Source: Planctomycetota bacterium (lineage in GTDB: Bacteria > Planctomycetota > UBA8108 > JACQVS01). From it: a DNA stretch of 62,242 nucleotides. Below are positions 38,201 to 46,190 of the stretch, one piece after another. The translations under genes and the position numbers were made by a program. The stretch covers positions 1-62,242 of the forward strand of contig JBFFXF010000003.1 of NCBI GenBank assembly GCA_041569895.1, given 5' to 3'. Under the pieces are notes generated by a model. It saw only the letters and a list, made by a program, of their open reading frames with translations, was not told where the DNA came from and did no database searches. Numbering within the stretch: the first letter of the stretch is position 1; the number at the start of each line of letters is the position of its first letter.

Positions 38201-38816
38201 GGCCGCGGACCAGAGTGACGTCCGCGGAGGCCGTGACCCCCTCCTCGACGACCGCCCACGTGCCGGTCTCGGGGAGATGGTCGTCGTGCCGGACGTACAG
38301 CCGGTAGTCCCCGCCCGGCAGGCCGTGGATCGCGTAGCGGCCCTCGGTGTCGGTGCGCGACCGCGAGACCGTGTCGAGGCGCGCCTCGTACCGGCTGCGC
38401 AGCAACTGCACCGCCGTGGCGGGATCCCCGGATTCCGAGAGCTCCGACTCGGCCGCCGTGAGCACCGCCTGCCACTCGTCGATGTCGACCGCCGCGACCT
38501 CCGCGTCCGGGATCCCGACGCCGTCGACGTCGGAGACGATGCCGGTGATCGAGGGCGGGTGGTCGGGCAGGGCCGGCCCGGGTTCGTCGTCCCCGGTCGT
38601 CGAGCCCGCACCCGCGGGGAGCGATGGGTCCCCCGGCGCGCCGGCAGAGCCCTCGCCGGCGTCGACGGGAGCACCCGCCACCGGCGTCGTGTCGCTCGAC
38701 TCGCGCTCCGGATCGCCGCGCTCACCGGGACGGAGGAAGTAGAGGAACGCGAGAATCGCCACCGCGGCAAAGACGCCGAGCGAGATCATCAGACTCGCGA
38801 AAAGCCCACGGTTCAT
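35229..38816 (-). CDS. Membrane-anchored protein with about 11 carboxypeptidase-regulatory-like beta-sandwich repeats
   Basis: N-terminal hydrophobic anchor; repeated 'I.GRVVD..G.PI..ARV...TD..GRF....L.PG.Y'. Confidence 0.85.
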   Translation of the reverse strand: MNRGLFASLMISLGVFAAVAILAFLYFLRPGERGDPERESSDTTPVAGAPVDAGEGSAGAPGDPSLPAGAGSTTGDDEPGPALPDHPPSITGIVSDVDGVGIPDAEVAAVDIDEWQAVLTAAESELSESGDPATAVQLLRSRYEARLDTVSRSRTDTEGRYAIHGLPGGDYRLYVRHDDHLPETGTWAVVEEGVTASADVTLVRGHAISGRVVDARGDPIADARVRAEPSSRSAGAAMGKLMGTIQSLLEGDIVIGDRSSHSGPDGEFIVRSLEPVLYDLTVRAPGFLESRVQRVAAGSEGHVIPLERGAVVTGTVVGRDGAPVDGARWTMQPKQRRDFDNPVAMMQMDFDVLGENVRRGVAENGRLRIDGLARGPFELEVREDGFPITVFEVQIAAPETDLGELALETPHAIAGTVFSPDGAAVEDARVWIEKKHPALPGVTPGPVLVETSTDESGRFVLEPIPAGRYTVNATADTFAPASVADVEVDRLDVRLQLERGLVAVARVVDAEDDSPIEGVRVSGVSPGVSKSPTSSDAGGRVVIRGLAAEPGSGHSLAPGARQSVFARFQHPEYATAFEQLSVGADDTADPKVIRLVRTRVLHGRVIDPEGEPIPRARVRLEVPGMPAFAMMLSPGGGTAAVTDAEGGFELRPPGRVIGPMFERVEIVGAHPAYASGRLALADIPEGDDVLIEIVLAPGASIAGRVTGPDGTPVAGARVHLARPVSLGGEEAMIVALLGGDGGKTVYAGKDGGYRIRGVEPGEYVLEVGAMRGFAPERIPGIQVADEPVTLDVVLRAGGVLEGRVVDGSAAVLEGIEVVAFLAADRQPADEPGGREAQLFRRLAGRGVATARTGADGRYRIENLPPGRFSVVARAEGFEPVEISSFEAGDRLPEIVLRRFGGLRLTVVAAETGRPVERYRAFVTDAVGDGEGPRAWPAYGGRVTEVEDAEGRHVWEGLAPRRVRVTVEADGFAQRVAEAEVLDGRVTDLTARLDRGLSVTVVVVDRDGVGISGVIVQAHRRDDAGSHSSIPQTDDRGVAVVSGLAAGSHSIGVQHPAYWTEESTREVELPAEVEPELRFRMEPAGQLEGTIADLTRRKPSDPWHFVVLRPIPGDSPAPAEGEGVAPPADTPMTYVSPDTGEFSKRSVRPGRYSILLLTMRPNERRVFDPERADTIELGTVEIRAGETATVQLTAPR

Positions 38817-38878
38817 CGGCTGCACGCTCTCATCAAAAGGTCCCCCGCCGGTCCACCAGTGTCCTTCCACGAGTCTAA

Positions 38879-38940
38879 CCCCCACGTTGCAAAAATCCGG
38901 TTCCGTTCCCGGTCCCGGACCCGGAACCCGGTCCCGACCC
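38879..38940 (+). repeat. Truncated modular element (head plus hexamers) in a divergent intergenic region
   Basis: CCCCCACGTTGCAAAAA followed by CCGGTT/CCCGGT/CCCGGA units. Confidence 0.7.
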
Positions 38941-39090
38941 GCCCGCGCGGCCTGCTTTCGGTTCTCGGCGAACCTCACTCGCGGTGCGATCTGCCGAGAG
39001 CACCGCGAGGGCCGGCGTGGGAAAACCGTGGTCCCCGGACGGGTCGATTGCTACGATGAGCCGGGTCACGTCAATGCGAGAGGGAGTCCC

Positions 39091-41019
39091 ATGAAAGCGA
39101 AAGTCTCGATCACAGGCCGTCTTGCCACCTGTGTGCCGGCGGCGCTCGGCCTTCTCGTCGCGAGCGGTGCGGCGGCGCACGACACCGTGACGTTCGACCG
39201 CGACATCAAGCCGATCATCCAGCGCACGTGCGGCGGGGCGACGTGCCACGTCAACCGGAGGGAGAGCGGCGTCGACCTGACGTCGCACCAGAGCACGATC
39301 GAGAGCGTCGGCACGCAGTACCGCGGTCCGATCGTCATTCCGGGCGACCCCGACGCAAGCCCTCTGATGGACAAGATCAACTCGCAGCGGCCGCGCTTCG
39401 GCGCTCGCATGCCGCGAGGCCAGACGCCGCTCACGGACATCGAGATCAACCTGTTCCGGCGGTGGATCCGCGAGGGCGCGCTCAACCGCCACATCCCGCA
39501 GCACGGCGACGCCAACAACGACGATGACCTCGACGTCACCGACGCGGTCTTCATCCTGAGTTTCCTCTTCCAGCGCGGCGAGGCGCCGGATTGCCTCGCG
39601 CTCGCCGACGCCAACCGCGACGGGGCGGTCAACGTCAGCGACGCGGTCTTCCTGCTGGTGCACCTCTTCGTCGGCGGCAAGGCGCCGGCCGAGCTCACCG
39701 CGGCGGAAGAGGAGTCCTGCGAGAAAGCGCAGGAGCTGACCTTCGAGAGCATCTACACCAAGGTCTTCCGCGCCAGCTGCGCCTTCTCATCGTGCCACGC
39801 GAGCGAGGGCGGCAAGGGTGGCCTGTCGCTCGGTACGATCGACGAGGCGTACGAGCAACTCGTCGGCGTCGAGCCGCAGAACGAGGCCGCGAGGGCGCAG
39901 GGCCTGCTCCGCGTCGACGCCGGCAAGCCCGACAACAGCTTCCTCCTCCGCAAGCTCGGGCAGCCCGGTCCGGGCGAGGGGAGCCGCATGCCGGCCAGCT
40001 CGGCGGAGCCGCTGCCCGCGGACGTCGTCAACGCCATCCGCGAGTGGATCCTCGCCGGCGCGCCGCGGACGGAATCGGTGCCCGGTGTGCCGGACATCGG
40101 CGAGATCCCGCCGCCGACTCTCGGCGAGCTGACCCCGCCTCCCGTTCCAGAGAACGGCGTCCAGTTGCACCTGCCGCCCTTCTCCGTGGCGCCCAGGACC
40201 GAGCGCGAGATCTTCTTCTTCGCCGAGCGCCCGTTCGCCGACGTCGGGACGGATGAGATCTTCGTCGAGCGGATCGACATCCACATGCTCGACAGCAGCC
40301 ACCACTTCATCATCTACGAGTGGCTCGGGCGAACGAATCCCGGCCCGGGGCTGCGTCCGCTGCCGGGCGTCGTCGATATCCTGAACTCGCGACGGTTCGT
40401 CGTCGGCTCGCAGCAGTCGTTCTTCACCCTCGCGTTTCCCGAGGGCGTCGGCCTGCGTTTCACCAAGGACACGAACTTCGACCTCAACTCGCACTACCTG
40501 AACCTGAACGGCACCGAGACGCTGAGGGCCGAGGTCTACATCAACTTCTTCTTCGCCGAGCCCGGAGAGATCACCACGGTCGTCAAGCCGATCTTCGAGA
40601 TCAATCCGGTGATCAACGTGCCGCCGAACCAGACGAGAACGACCGAATGGCGTTTCCCCGGCCCGGTCGGCATCCAGCTCGACCCGGCGCTCGGCGCGCT
40701 CGGACGCGTCACGCGGGAGACGCACATCTATACGCTCTCCTCGCACATGCACCGCCACGGCGTGCGTTTCAGCGCGTTCCACACCCGCAACGGCCGCGAC
40801 TTCGACCCTCCTGCGAGGATCTACGACAACTTCGACTGGGACGATCCGGTCTACACCGTCTACGACCCGCCGTTCGTGCTCAGCCCCGGCGACGGCATCC
40901 GCTTCACGACAACGCACACGTACCACGACCCGCCATCGCCGAACGCCCCACCACTGACCTTCGACATCACGTCGGAGGACGAGATGGCGATTCTGCTGGG
41001 GTATTACGCGATCCCGTAA
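39091..41019 (+). CDS. Exported cytochrome c / dockerin-like / cytochrome c / copper monooxygenase-like fusion
   Basis: Signal peptide; CGGATCH..RMP and CAFSSCH..RMP; GDANNDDDLDVTD and DANRDGAVNVSD; SHH, NSHY, HMH and EDEM; GGAG upstream of ATG 39091. Confidence 0.85.
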   Translation: MKAKVSITGRLATCVPAALGLLVASGAAAHDTVTFDRDIKPIIQRTCGGATCHVNRRESGVDLTSHQSTIESVGTQYRGPIVIPGDPDASPLMDKINSQRPRFGARMPRGQTPLTDIEINLFRRWIREGALNRHIPQHGDANNDDDLDVTDAVFILSFLFQRGEAPDCLALADANRDGAVNVSDAVFLLVHLFVGGKAPAELTAAEEESCEKAQELTFESIYTKVFRASCAFSSCHASEGGKGGLSLGTIDEAYEQLVGVEPQNEAARAQGLLRVDAGKPDNSFLLRKLGQPGPGEGSRMPASSAEPLPADVVNAIREWILAGAPRTESVPGVPDIGEIPPPTLGELTPPPVPENGVQLHLPPFSVAPRTEREIFFFAERPFADVGTDEIFVERIDIHMLDSSHHFIIYEWLGRTNPGPGLRPLPGVVDILNSRRFVVGSQQSFFTLAFPEGVGLRFTKDTNFDLNSHYLNLNGTETLRAEVYINFFFAEPGEITTVVKPIFEINPVINVPPNQTRTTEWRFPGPVGIQLDPALGALGRVTRETHIYTLSSHMHRHGVRFSAFHTRNGRDFDPPARIYDNFDWDDPVYTVYDPPFVLSPGDGIRFTTTHTYHDPPSPNAPPLTFDITSEDEMAILLGYYAIP

Positions 41020-41073
41020 TCCCGGTCCCGGACCCGGTCCCGAAATCTGCTCGACGCCGCTGGCGGGACTCTG

Positions 41074-41300
41074 CGACGGATTTAGAAGGAATACACGAAG
41101 AGCAGGAAAGTAGGAAAAGAAGGATAGGGGAGTAGGTTCTCAAAGCAGTCTCTGTGGGTCCTCAGTGTTCTCTGTGTCTCTGTGGTTCACAGATGAGGAC
41201 CCTCTCGTTTCTCGGCCCCTTTCTCGAAGTCGAATAGAACGGTCAAAGCACGACCCGTTTCCTGGCTTCCTGAGTTTCCTACCTTCCTTCTAAGTCGTCG
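41074..41300. mobile_element. Possible MITE-like element with imperfect terminal inverted repeats
   Basis: CGACGGATTTAGAAGGAA at 41074-41091 versus TTCCTTCTAAGTCGTCG at 41284-41300; visibly lower GC than the flanks; no ORF. Confidence 0.4.
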
Positions 41301-41312
41301 TGCGGGAGCGCC

Positions 41313-42470
41313 TCAACCGAACACCGAGAACTCGCCCACGTCACGCCCCACGAGTCTCCCCGCGATGAGATCCGCGTCGCGCGGGCCGAGCAGTATGCCG
41401 CTGCGGTAGTGACCCGCGACCACCCACACGTCCCCCTCGGCGAGGATGGGGCCGCCGCGGCGGAGGACCTTCGGTCTGAGGCCCGCCCAGTGGCGGAGGA
41501 CGTCGGTCGGTTGGAGCGACGGCAGCGCGGCGCGGGCGCGGTCGAGGAGCTCCTCGGCTCCCGTCGCGGTCGTGCTGTCGTCGAAGCCGACCTCCTCGAC
41601 GGTGGCTCCCACCCACAGCGTGCCGTCCGGACGCGGGATCAGATAGACGCCGCCGATGTCGAGCATGCACGGCGGCGGTTCCGCGCACCGCAGCGCGAGC
41701 ATCTGCCCCCGGACCGGCACGATCGGCGCCTCGAGGGGCAATCCCGCGCGCTCGAGGAGCTCGGTGGTCCACGCGCCCGCGCAGACGACCACGCTGTACC
41801 GCGTGACGCTAGGCCCCGTGACGCGAGGCCCCGCGAGCCGCTCGACGTCGCCGGAGCGCTCGAGCAGCACGTCGACCCCCTTCTCGGCGCCGTCGCTCAC
41901 GCGCTCGAGGCGCACGTCGTCGAATCCCTCGCGCAGGTCGACTCCTCGCGCTGAAGCCGAGCGGCGCAGCGCGGCCAGGAGATCGGGCGGGTGAACGCGA
42001 GCCGTGCGTTCGAGGAAGAGCCCGCCGCGGAGGGCCGGCGACAGTCCCGCGAACTCGCGCGCGAGCTCGCGGGCGTCGTACCACCGGCCGGGACACGTCG
42101 CGACGTCGGCGCGCGCGAACGTGCCCGCCAGGTCCGCGGCGTCGTCGTCGGTCTCGGCGAGGTAGAGCATGCCGCTCTCGATCGACTCGATCGCGACGCC
42201 GGTCTCGGCCTGCAATTCGTCGAGGAAGGCGCTGTACCCGTCGTAGCTCGCCCCACACGCGCGCTGGTACGCCGAGCGACGCCACATCGGCGCCGGCAGG
42301 ATGCCCGCGGCGGCGCCCGAGGCTCCCGCGCCGACGCGGTGGCGCTCGACGAGGATCACCGACACGCCGAGCCCCGCCAGCCGTCGCGCCAGGCAGAGCC
42401 CGACGATGCCGCCACCGAGGATGACGACTCGCTCGCACTCGCTTCGCTGATCCGGCTTCCGTGCGCTCAT
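41313..42470 (-). CDS. FAD-dependent oxidoreductase, glycine oxidase ThiO/DAO-like
   Basis: GGGIVG, ASGAAAGIL, PVRGQ, YLIPR, WAGLRP, GHYRSGILL. Confidence 0.88.
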   Translation of the reverse strand: MSARKPDQRSECERVVILGGGIVGLCLARRLAGLGVSVILVERHRVGAGASGAAAGILPAPMWRRSAYQRACGASYDGYSAFLDELQAETGVAIESIESGMLYLAETDDDAADLAGTFARADVATCPGRWYDARELAREFAGLSPALRGGLFLERTARVHPPDLLAALRRSASARGVDLREGFDDVRLERVSDGAEKGVDVLLERSGDVERLAGPRVTGPSVTRYSVVVCAGAWTTELLERAGLPLEAPIVPVRGQMLALRCAEPPPCMLDIGGVYLIPRPDGTLWVGATVEEVGFDDSTTATGAEELLDRARAALPSLQPTDVLRHWAGLRPKVLRRGGPILAEGDVWVVAGHYRSGILLGPRDADLIAGRLVGRDVGEFSVFG

Positions 42471-42565
42471 CAACGACCAGAGTACACTCCGATCCCGGTC
42501 CACTGGAAGCGCGATGGCGTTGCAGCGGTAGCGGGCGAATGAGCGAACGGATATCATTCGCCAGC

Positions 42566-43687
42566 ATGCCAGCGAAGGACGGAGACTACGGATCGATCGC
42601 GATCGTCGGCGTCGGTCTCATCGGCGGATCGCTCGCGATGGCGCTCAGGCGAGCCGGCCACGACGGCGAGATCGTCGGCGTCAGCGGTCCGACGACGATC
42701 CGCGAGGCGCTCGAGCGGCGCGTCATCGACCGGGGTGCCAGCTATGGCGACCTCGTCGACGTCGCATCGTCGGTCGACCTCGTTGTCCTGGCAACGCCGA
42801 TCCGCGCCATCCTCGAGCACCTCGAGACACTCGGCCGCGCGGGCGCCTCGCTCCGCGACGGGCTGGTGGTGACCGACGTGGGCAGCACCATGGCGACGAT
42901 TCTCGAGCGCGCCGCCAGGACGCTGCCCGACCGCGTGCACTTCATCGGCGGCCACCCGATGGCGGGCTCGGAACGGCGCGGCCTCGCGGCGGCCGATCCG
43001 TTCCTCTTCCAGAACGCGTACTACGTCCTGACGCCGGCGAGGGGAGTCCCCGTCGCCCAGGTCACGCGGCTCGAACGGCTCCTGAGCCGGACCGGCGCGC
43101 GCGTCATGGTGCTGGACGCCGCCGACCACGACCGGACGGCGGCGTCCGTCAGCCACGTCCCACAGCTCCTCGCCGTCGCGCTGGTGAACTTCATCGACGA
43201 CCATCCCGACGACCGCGACGTGGCGCTCCGACTCGCGGCCGGCGGCTTCCGCGACATGACGCGCATCGCGGCGAGCCCGTTCACCATGTGGCGAGACATC
43301 TACGCCACCAACTCGAAGGAGGTGCGCGAGGCCGTCGAGCGGTTCTGCAATCGACTGAAGGAGCTCGCGGCGCTGGTGGGCGACGAGAGACTCGGCGCCC
43401 TGTTCGATCACGCCGCGACGACGCGCGCGACGATTCCGCGCGACTCGAAGGGCTTTCTGCGGCCGCTCTGGGAGGTCCTCGTCGAGGTCGAGGATCGGCC
43501 CGGGATCATCTCGACGATCGCGTCCACGCTGGCGGACGCGAAGATCAACATCAAGGACATCGAGGTGGTCAAGGTGCGTGAGGACGAGGGCGGCACGTTG
43601 CGGCTCGCGTTCTCGACCGAGGAGGTGGCGCGCGAGGCGATCGAGCTCCTCGCCGGCGTCGGATTCACGGCGCGGCTGCGCGACTGA
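42566..43687 (+). CDS. tyrA: Prephenate/arogenate dehydrogenase with C-terminal ACT domain
   Basis: GVGLIGGS, TDVGS, GGHPMAGSE, HD...SHVP, GFRDMTRIA, EDRPG; start codon uncertain. Confidence 0.92.
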   Translation: MPAKDGDYGSIAIVGVGLIGGSLAMALRRAGHDGEIVGVSGPTTIREALERRVIDRGASYGDLVDVASSVDLVVLATPIRAILEHLETLGRAGASLRDGLVVTDVGSTMATILERAARTLPDRVHFIGGHPMAGSERRGLAAADPFLFQNAYYVLTPARGVPVAQVTRLERLLSRTGARVMVLDAADHDRTAASVSHVPQLLAVALVNFIDDHPDDRDVALRLAAGGFRDMTRIAASPFTMWRDIYATNSKEVREAVERFCNRLKELAALVGDERLGALFDHAATTRATIPRDSKGFLRPLWEVLVEVEDRPGIISTIASTLADAKINIKDIEVVKVREDEGGTLRLAFSTEEVAREAIELLAGVGFTARLRD

Positions 43688-43716
43688 TCTCTCGAGGATC
43701 GCTCCGCACGGGGAGC

Positions 43717-45804
43717 CTACCTGGTGAGGTCGATCTGCACGACCGGCGACATGCGGTCCTCGAGCCCCTCGACGGTCTTGCCGGCGAACCCGAGCTTCTG
43801 CACGTACACGGCCTGCCCGCGGCCGAAGCGGACGGTGATCCACTGGGGCGTGACGCCGCGCGGTATGTTGTCGACGAAGATGGTCGCGCCGGCGGGGCTG
43901 CTGCGGATCAGGAACGGCATGCGGAGGCCCTCCGCGCCTTCACGGAAGTTGTCGGCGATCTCGCGGCAGAGACGGAAGGCCGGCTCGTAACGTTCCGCGT
44001 CGACCAGCCGCGAGGCCCGCTGTCGGATCTCGGTCCAGTGGCGCACGTACTTCTCGGCCTCCTCCGCGCCTTTCCGACCGCGCTCCACCTGCGACTCGAT
44101 CAGAGCCGCGCCCTCGACCTTGCGGTAGAGGTCATGCGCCTGCGAGCCCCACCCCTCCGAACGCAACCGCGATGCCTCCTCGAGGTCGGCCTCGAGCTTC
44201 TCGTACGTCTCGTGGAACACCTTCTTCTCCAGTCCCACGAGGCGATCGGACACCAGGCTCCCCGGGTAGCTGTTGTTGAAAGTCCGGAGCGTCTGCAGTG
44301 CGCGGCGAGGCTCTCTCGATTCGACGGCGTCGGCGACGACGCTGCTCGTCTCCGCCCAGGCGGCGCGGGAGAGCGCCTCGATCGACACCCACCCAGCGAG
44401 CAGCAGAACGGCAGCGGCGGCGCTCAGCCGATGCAGCCAGATGGCTCGCTTGCCGGCCTGACGCTTCTTCTCGTGCGTGAGCCCCTCGCGCGCCTCCTTG
44501 TTGACCGGATCGAGCGCCAGGACCTTGAGGTAGAGCTCCTCGATCCCCTCGACCGCTCCGAGGCGCGCCTTCTCGGCCGCGATCCCGAGATACTCCGCGA
44601 CCGCCTCCTGCACCTTGCCGATCTTGACGAGCGCGTCCGCGAACAGCGTGCGCACGTCGAAGCGCTCCGGGATCTTGGGCACCACCGCGCGCAGGGTGTC
44701 GCAGGCGCGATGGAGAAAGCCGAAGTTGAGGAACTTCTTCGCCAGCGAAACCAGCTCGTCGAGCGCTTTCGACTCCTGGCCTCCGTCCTGCAGTCGAGTG
44801 ATGAGGCTCTCGTGCGCGCGGATGTTCTCCGGCGACACGTTGACCGCGTGCCGGTAGCTCTCCACGGCGCGCTCCACCTCACCGTGCGTCGTGTGGATGT
44901 TCCCGATCGACTCGTAGTGCTCGGAGGCCCGGTCCTTCTGGCCGAGCCGCTCGTAGTTGTTCGCGATCCGCTTGTGAATCAGGATGGTGTTGATCGCGCG
45001 ATCGAGCGCCTCCTCGAGCCGCTCCACTTCGTCGAGCACCTCGATCTGCGTCTCGGCCTTCTTCTGCGGCACCAGCGTGCCCGTCAGCCAGCCGTTCTCC
45101 ATGCCGGTCTGGATGATCCGCGCGACATTGGGGAAATCCAGCCCTGTCGTCCGGGAGATCTCTCGCAACGTCCGCTTGCCGTCGATCAGCTTGTAGATGC
45201 GCTTCTCTTCGGTCCCGATCTCCGTCGTCTCCGCCACCCACGCCGGTCCGACGGCCAGCTGCGGGCAGAGGCGCTCGGAGTAGAGCCGCGACTTCAGCTT
45301 TGACCACTCCTGGTTCCAGTTCTTGATGCGCTCTGCGAGCTCCTTGACGTCGAGGCCGGCGAACAGCGCCGGGTGGTCCTCGTCGAAGATCTCGGGCGGC
45401 GGGTTGCCCTGGTAGAACTCGAAGATGGCGTTCTCCCAGGTCACCAGATCGCACAACTCCAGGAAGATCAGCTCCGCCGTGAGCTGGTGGAACCGCTCCC
45501 GCGGCAGGTACTCCATGCGCTCGAGCACCGCCGCGAGGTCCTCCTGGCGGCTCTGCCGGACCTGCTGCCGGGCGACGTCGAGCGTCTCCGGCGGGACGAT
45601 CTGGCGCTTCACGAGCAACGATTCGAGGTCGGCGACCTGACGTCCGGGGCTGGTGTAGAGCCGGATGCCGCCGGTCGAGAAGTAGACCACCTTCTCGTTC
45701 TCGCCATCCGAGATCAGCCAGGTCGACGCGGGGTTCTTCGACAGGATGATCTGGGCGATCTTGCTGACGGCGGTGGAGCTCAGAGTGCCTTCGAGGCTCG
45801 ACAT
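43717..45804 (-). CDS. DUF4388-like, TPR, TM and PEGA domain protein
   Basis: LEGTL...VYFSTG...WENAIFEF, LIDGKRTLREI, TPR-like helices, TM segment, SSPAGATIFVD..RGVTP. Confidence 0.8.
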   Translation of the reverse strand: MSSLEGTLSSTAVSKIAQIILSKNPASTWLISDGENEKVVYFSTGGIRLYTSPGRQVADLESLLVKRQIVPPETLDVARQQVRQSRQEDLAAVLERMEYLPRERFHQLTAELIFLELCDLVTWENAIFEFYQGNPPPEIFDEDHPALFAGLDVKELAERIKNWNQEWSKLKSRLYSERLCPQLAVGPAWVAETTEIGTEEKRIYKLIDGKRTLREISRTTGLDFPNVARIIQTGMENGWLTGTLVPQKKAETQIEVLDEVERLEEALDRAINTILIHKRIANNYERLGQKDRASEHYESIGNIHTTHGEVERAVESYRHAVNVSPENIRAHESLITRLQDGGQESKALDELVSLAKKFLNFGFLHRACDTLRAVVPKIPERFDVRTLFADALVKIGKVQEAVAEYLGIAAEKARLGAVEGIEELYLKVLALDPVNKEAREGLTHEKKRQAGKRAIWLHRLSAAAAVLLLAGWVSIEALSRAAWAETSSVVADAVESREPRRALQTLRTFNNSYPGSLVSDRLVGLEKKVFHETYEKLEADLEEASRLRSEGWGSQAHDLYRKVEGAALIESQVERGRKGAEEAEKYVRHWTEIRQRASRLVDAERYEPAFRLCREIADNFREGAEGLRMPFLIRSSPAGATIFVDNIPRGVTPQWITVRFGRGQAVYVQKLGFAGKTVEGLEDRMSPVVQIDLTR

Positions 45805-46036
45805 CGATTCGACTTCCGTGGGAGCCTTTCGTGGGAGCGCTGACAGGGAAACAGACCTGGCGATACGCTGTCCGAGGAGAATACCATCCGTGCCGTCTGC
45901 GAGCCCGCCGCAGCCGATAACTCCTCACACCTCCCTGTTCATGAGCGTCTGTCGGCGATGTTGTATACTCCTCCGGCCGAGCATCGGACAGTCCGAAACT
46001 GTCCTGCATGCGTGGGCATAACCATGAGTGGTCCCT

Positions 46037-46132
46037 CCCGTACACGTACACGGACCCGTACCCGTTCCCGAAACTTCGGAAACGGAAACGGAAACGGGCA
46101 CGGGAACGGGAACGGGAACGGGAACGGGAACG
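46037..46132 (+). repeat. GGGVAC array with upstream complementary arm, 5' of the pseudokinase
   Basis: CCCGTACCCGTTCCCGAA, GGAAAC x3, GGGCAC, GGGAAC x5. Confidence 0.85.
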
Positions 46133-46190
46133 ACGGCGGCGGCCACTCCGAGTGGTCCCGTCTCGCACGAGACCGGTAAACCATCTCGCC

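Noticed and set aside
41313-42470. Assigning thiO
   Set aside because: The family is clear but no thiG, thiS or TPP riboswitch is nearby, so the substrate is unresolved
43701-43715. GCTCC-GCACG-GGAGC hairpin between convergent tyrA and the DUF4388-like gene
   Set aside because: Only a 5-bp stem with no U-tract; too weak to call a terminator
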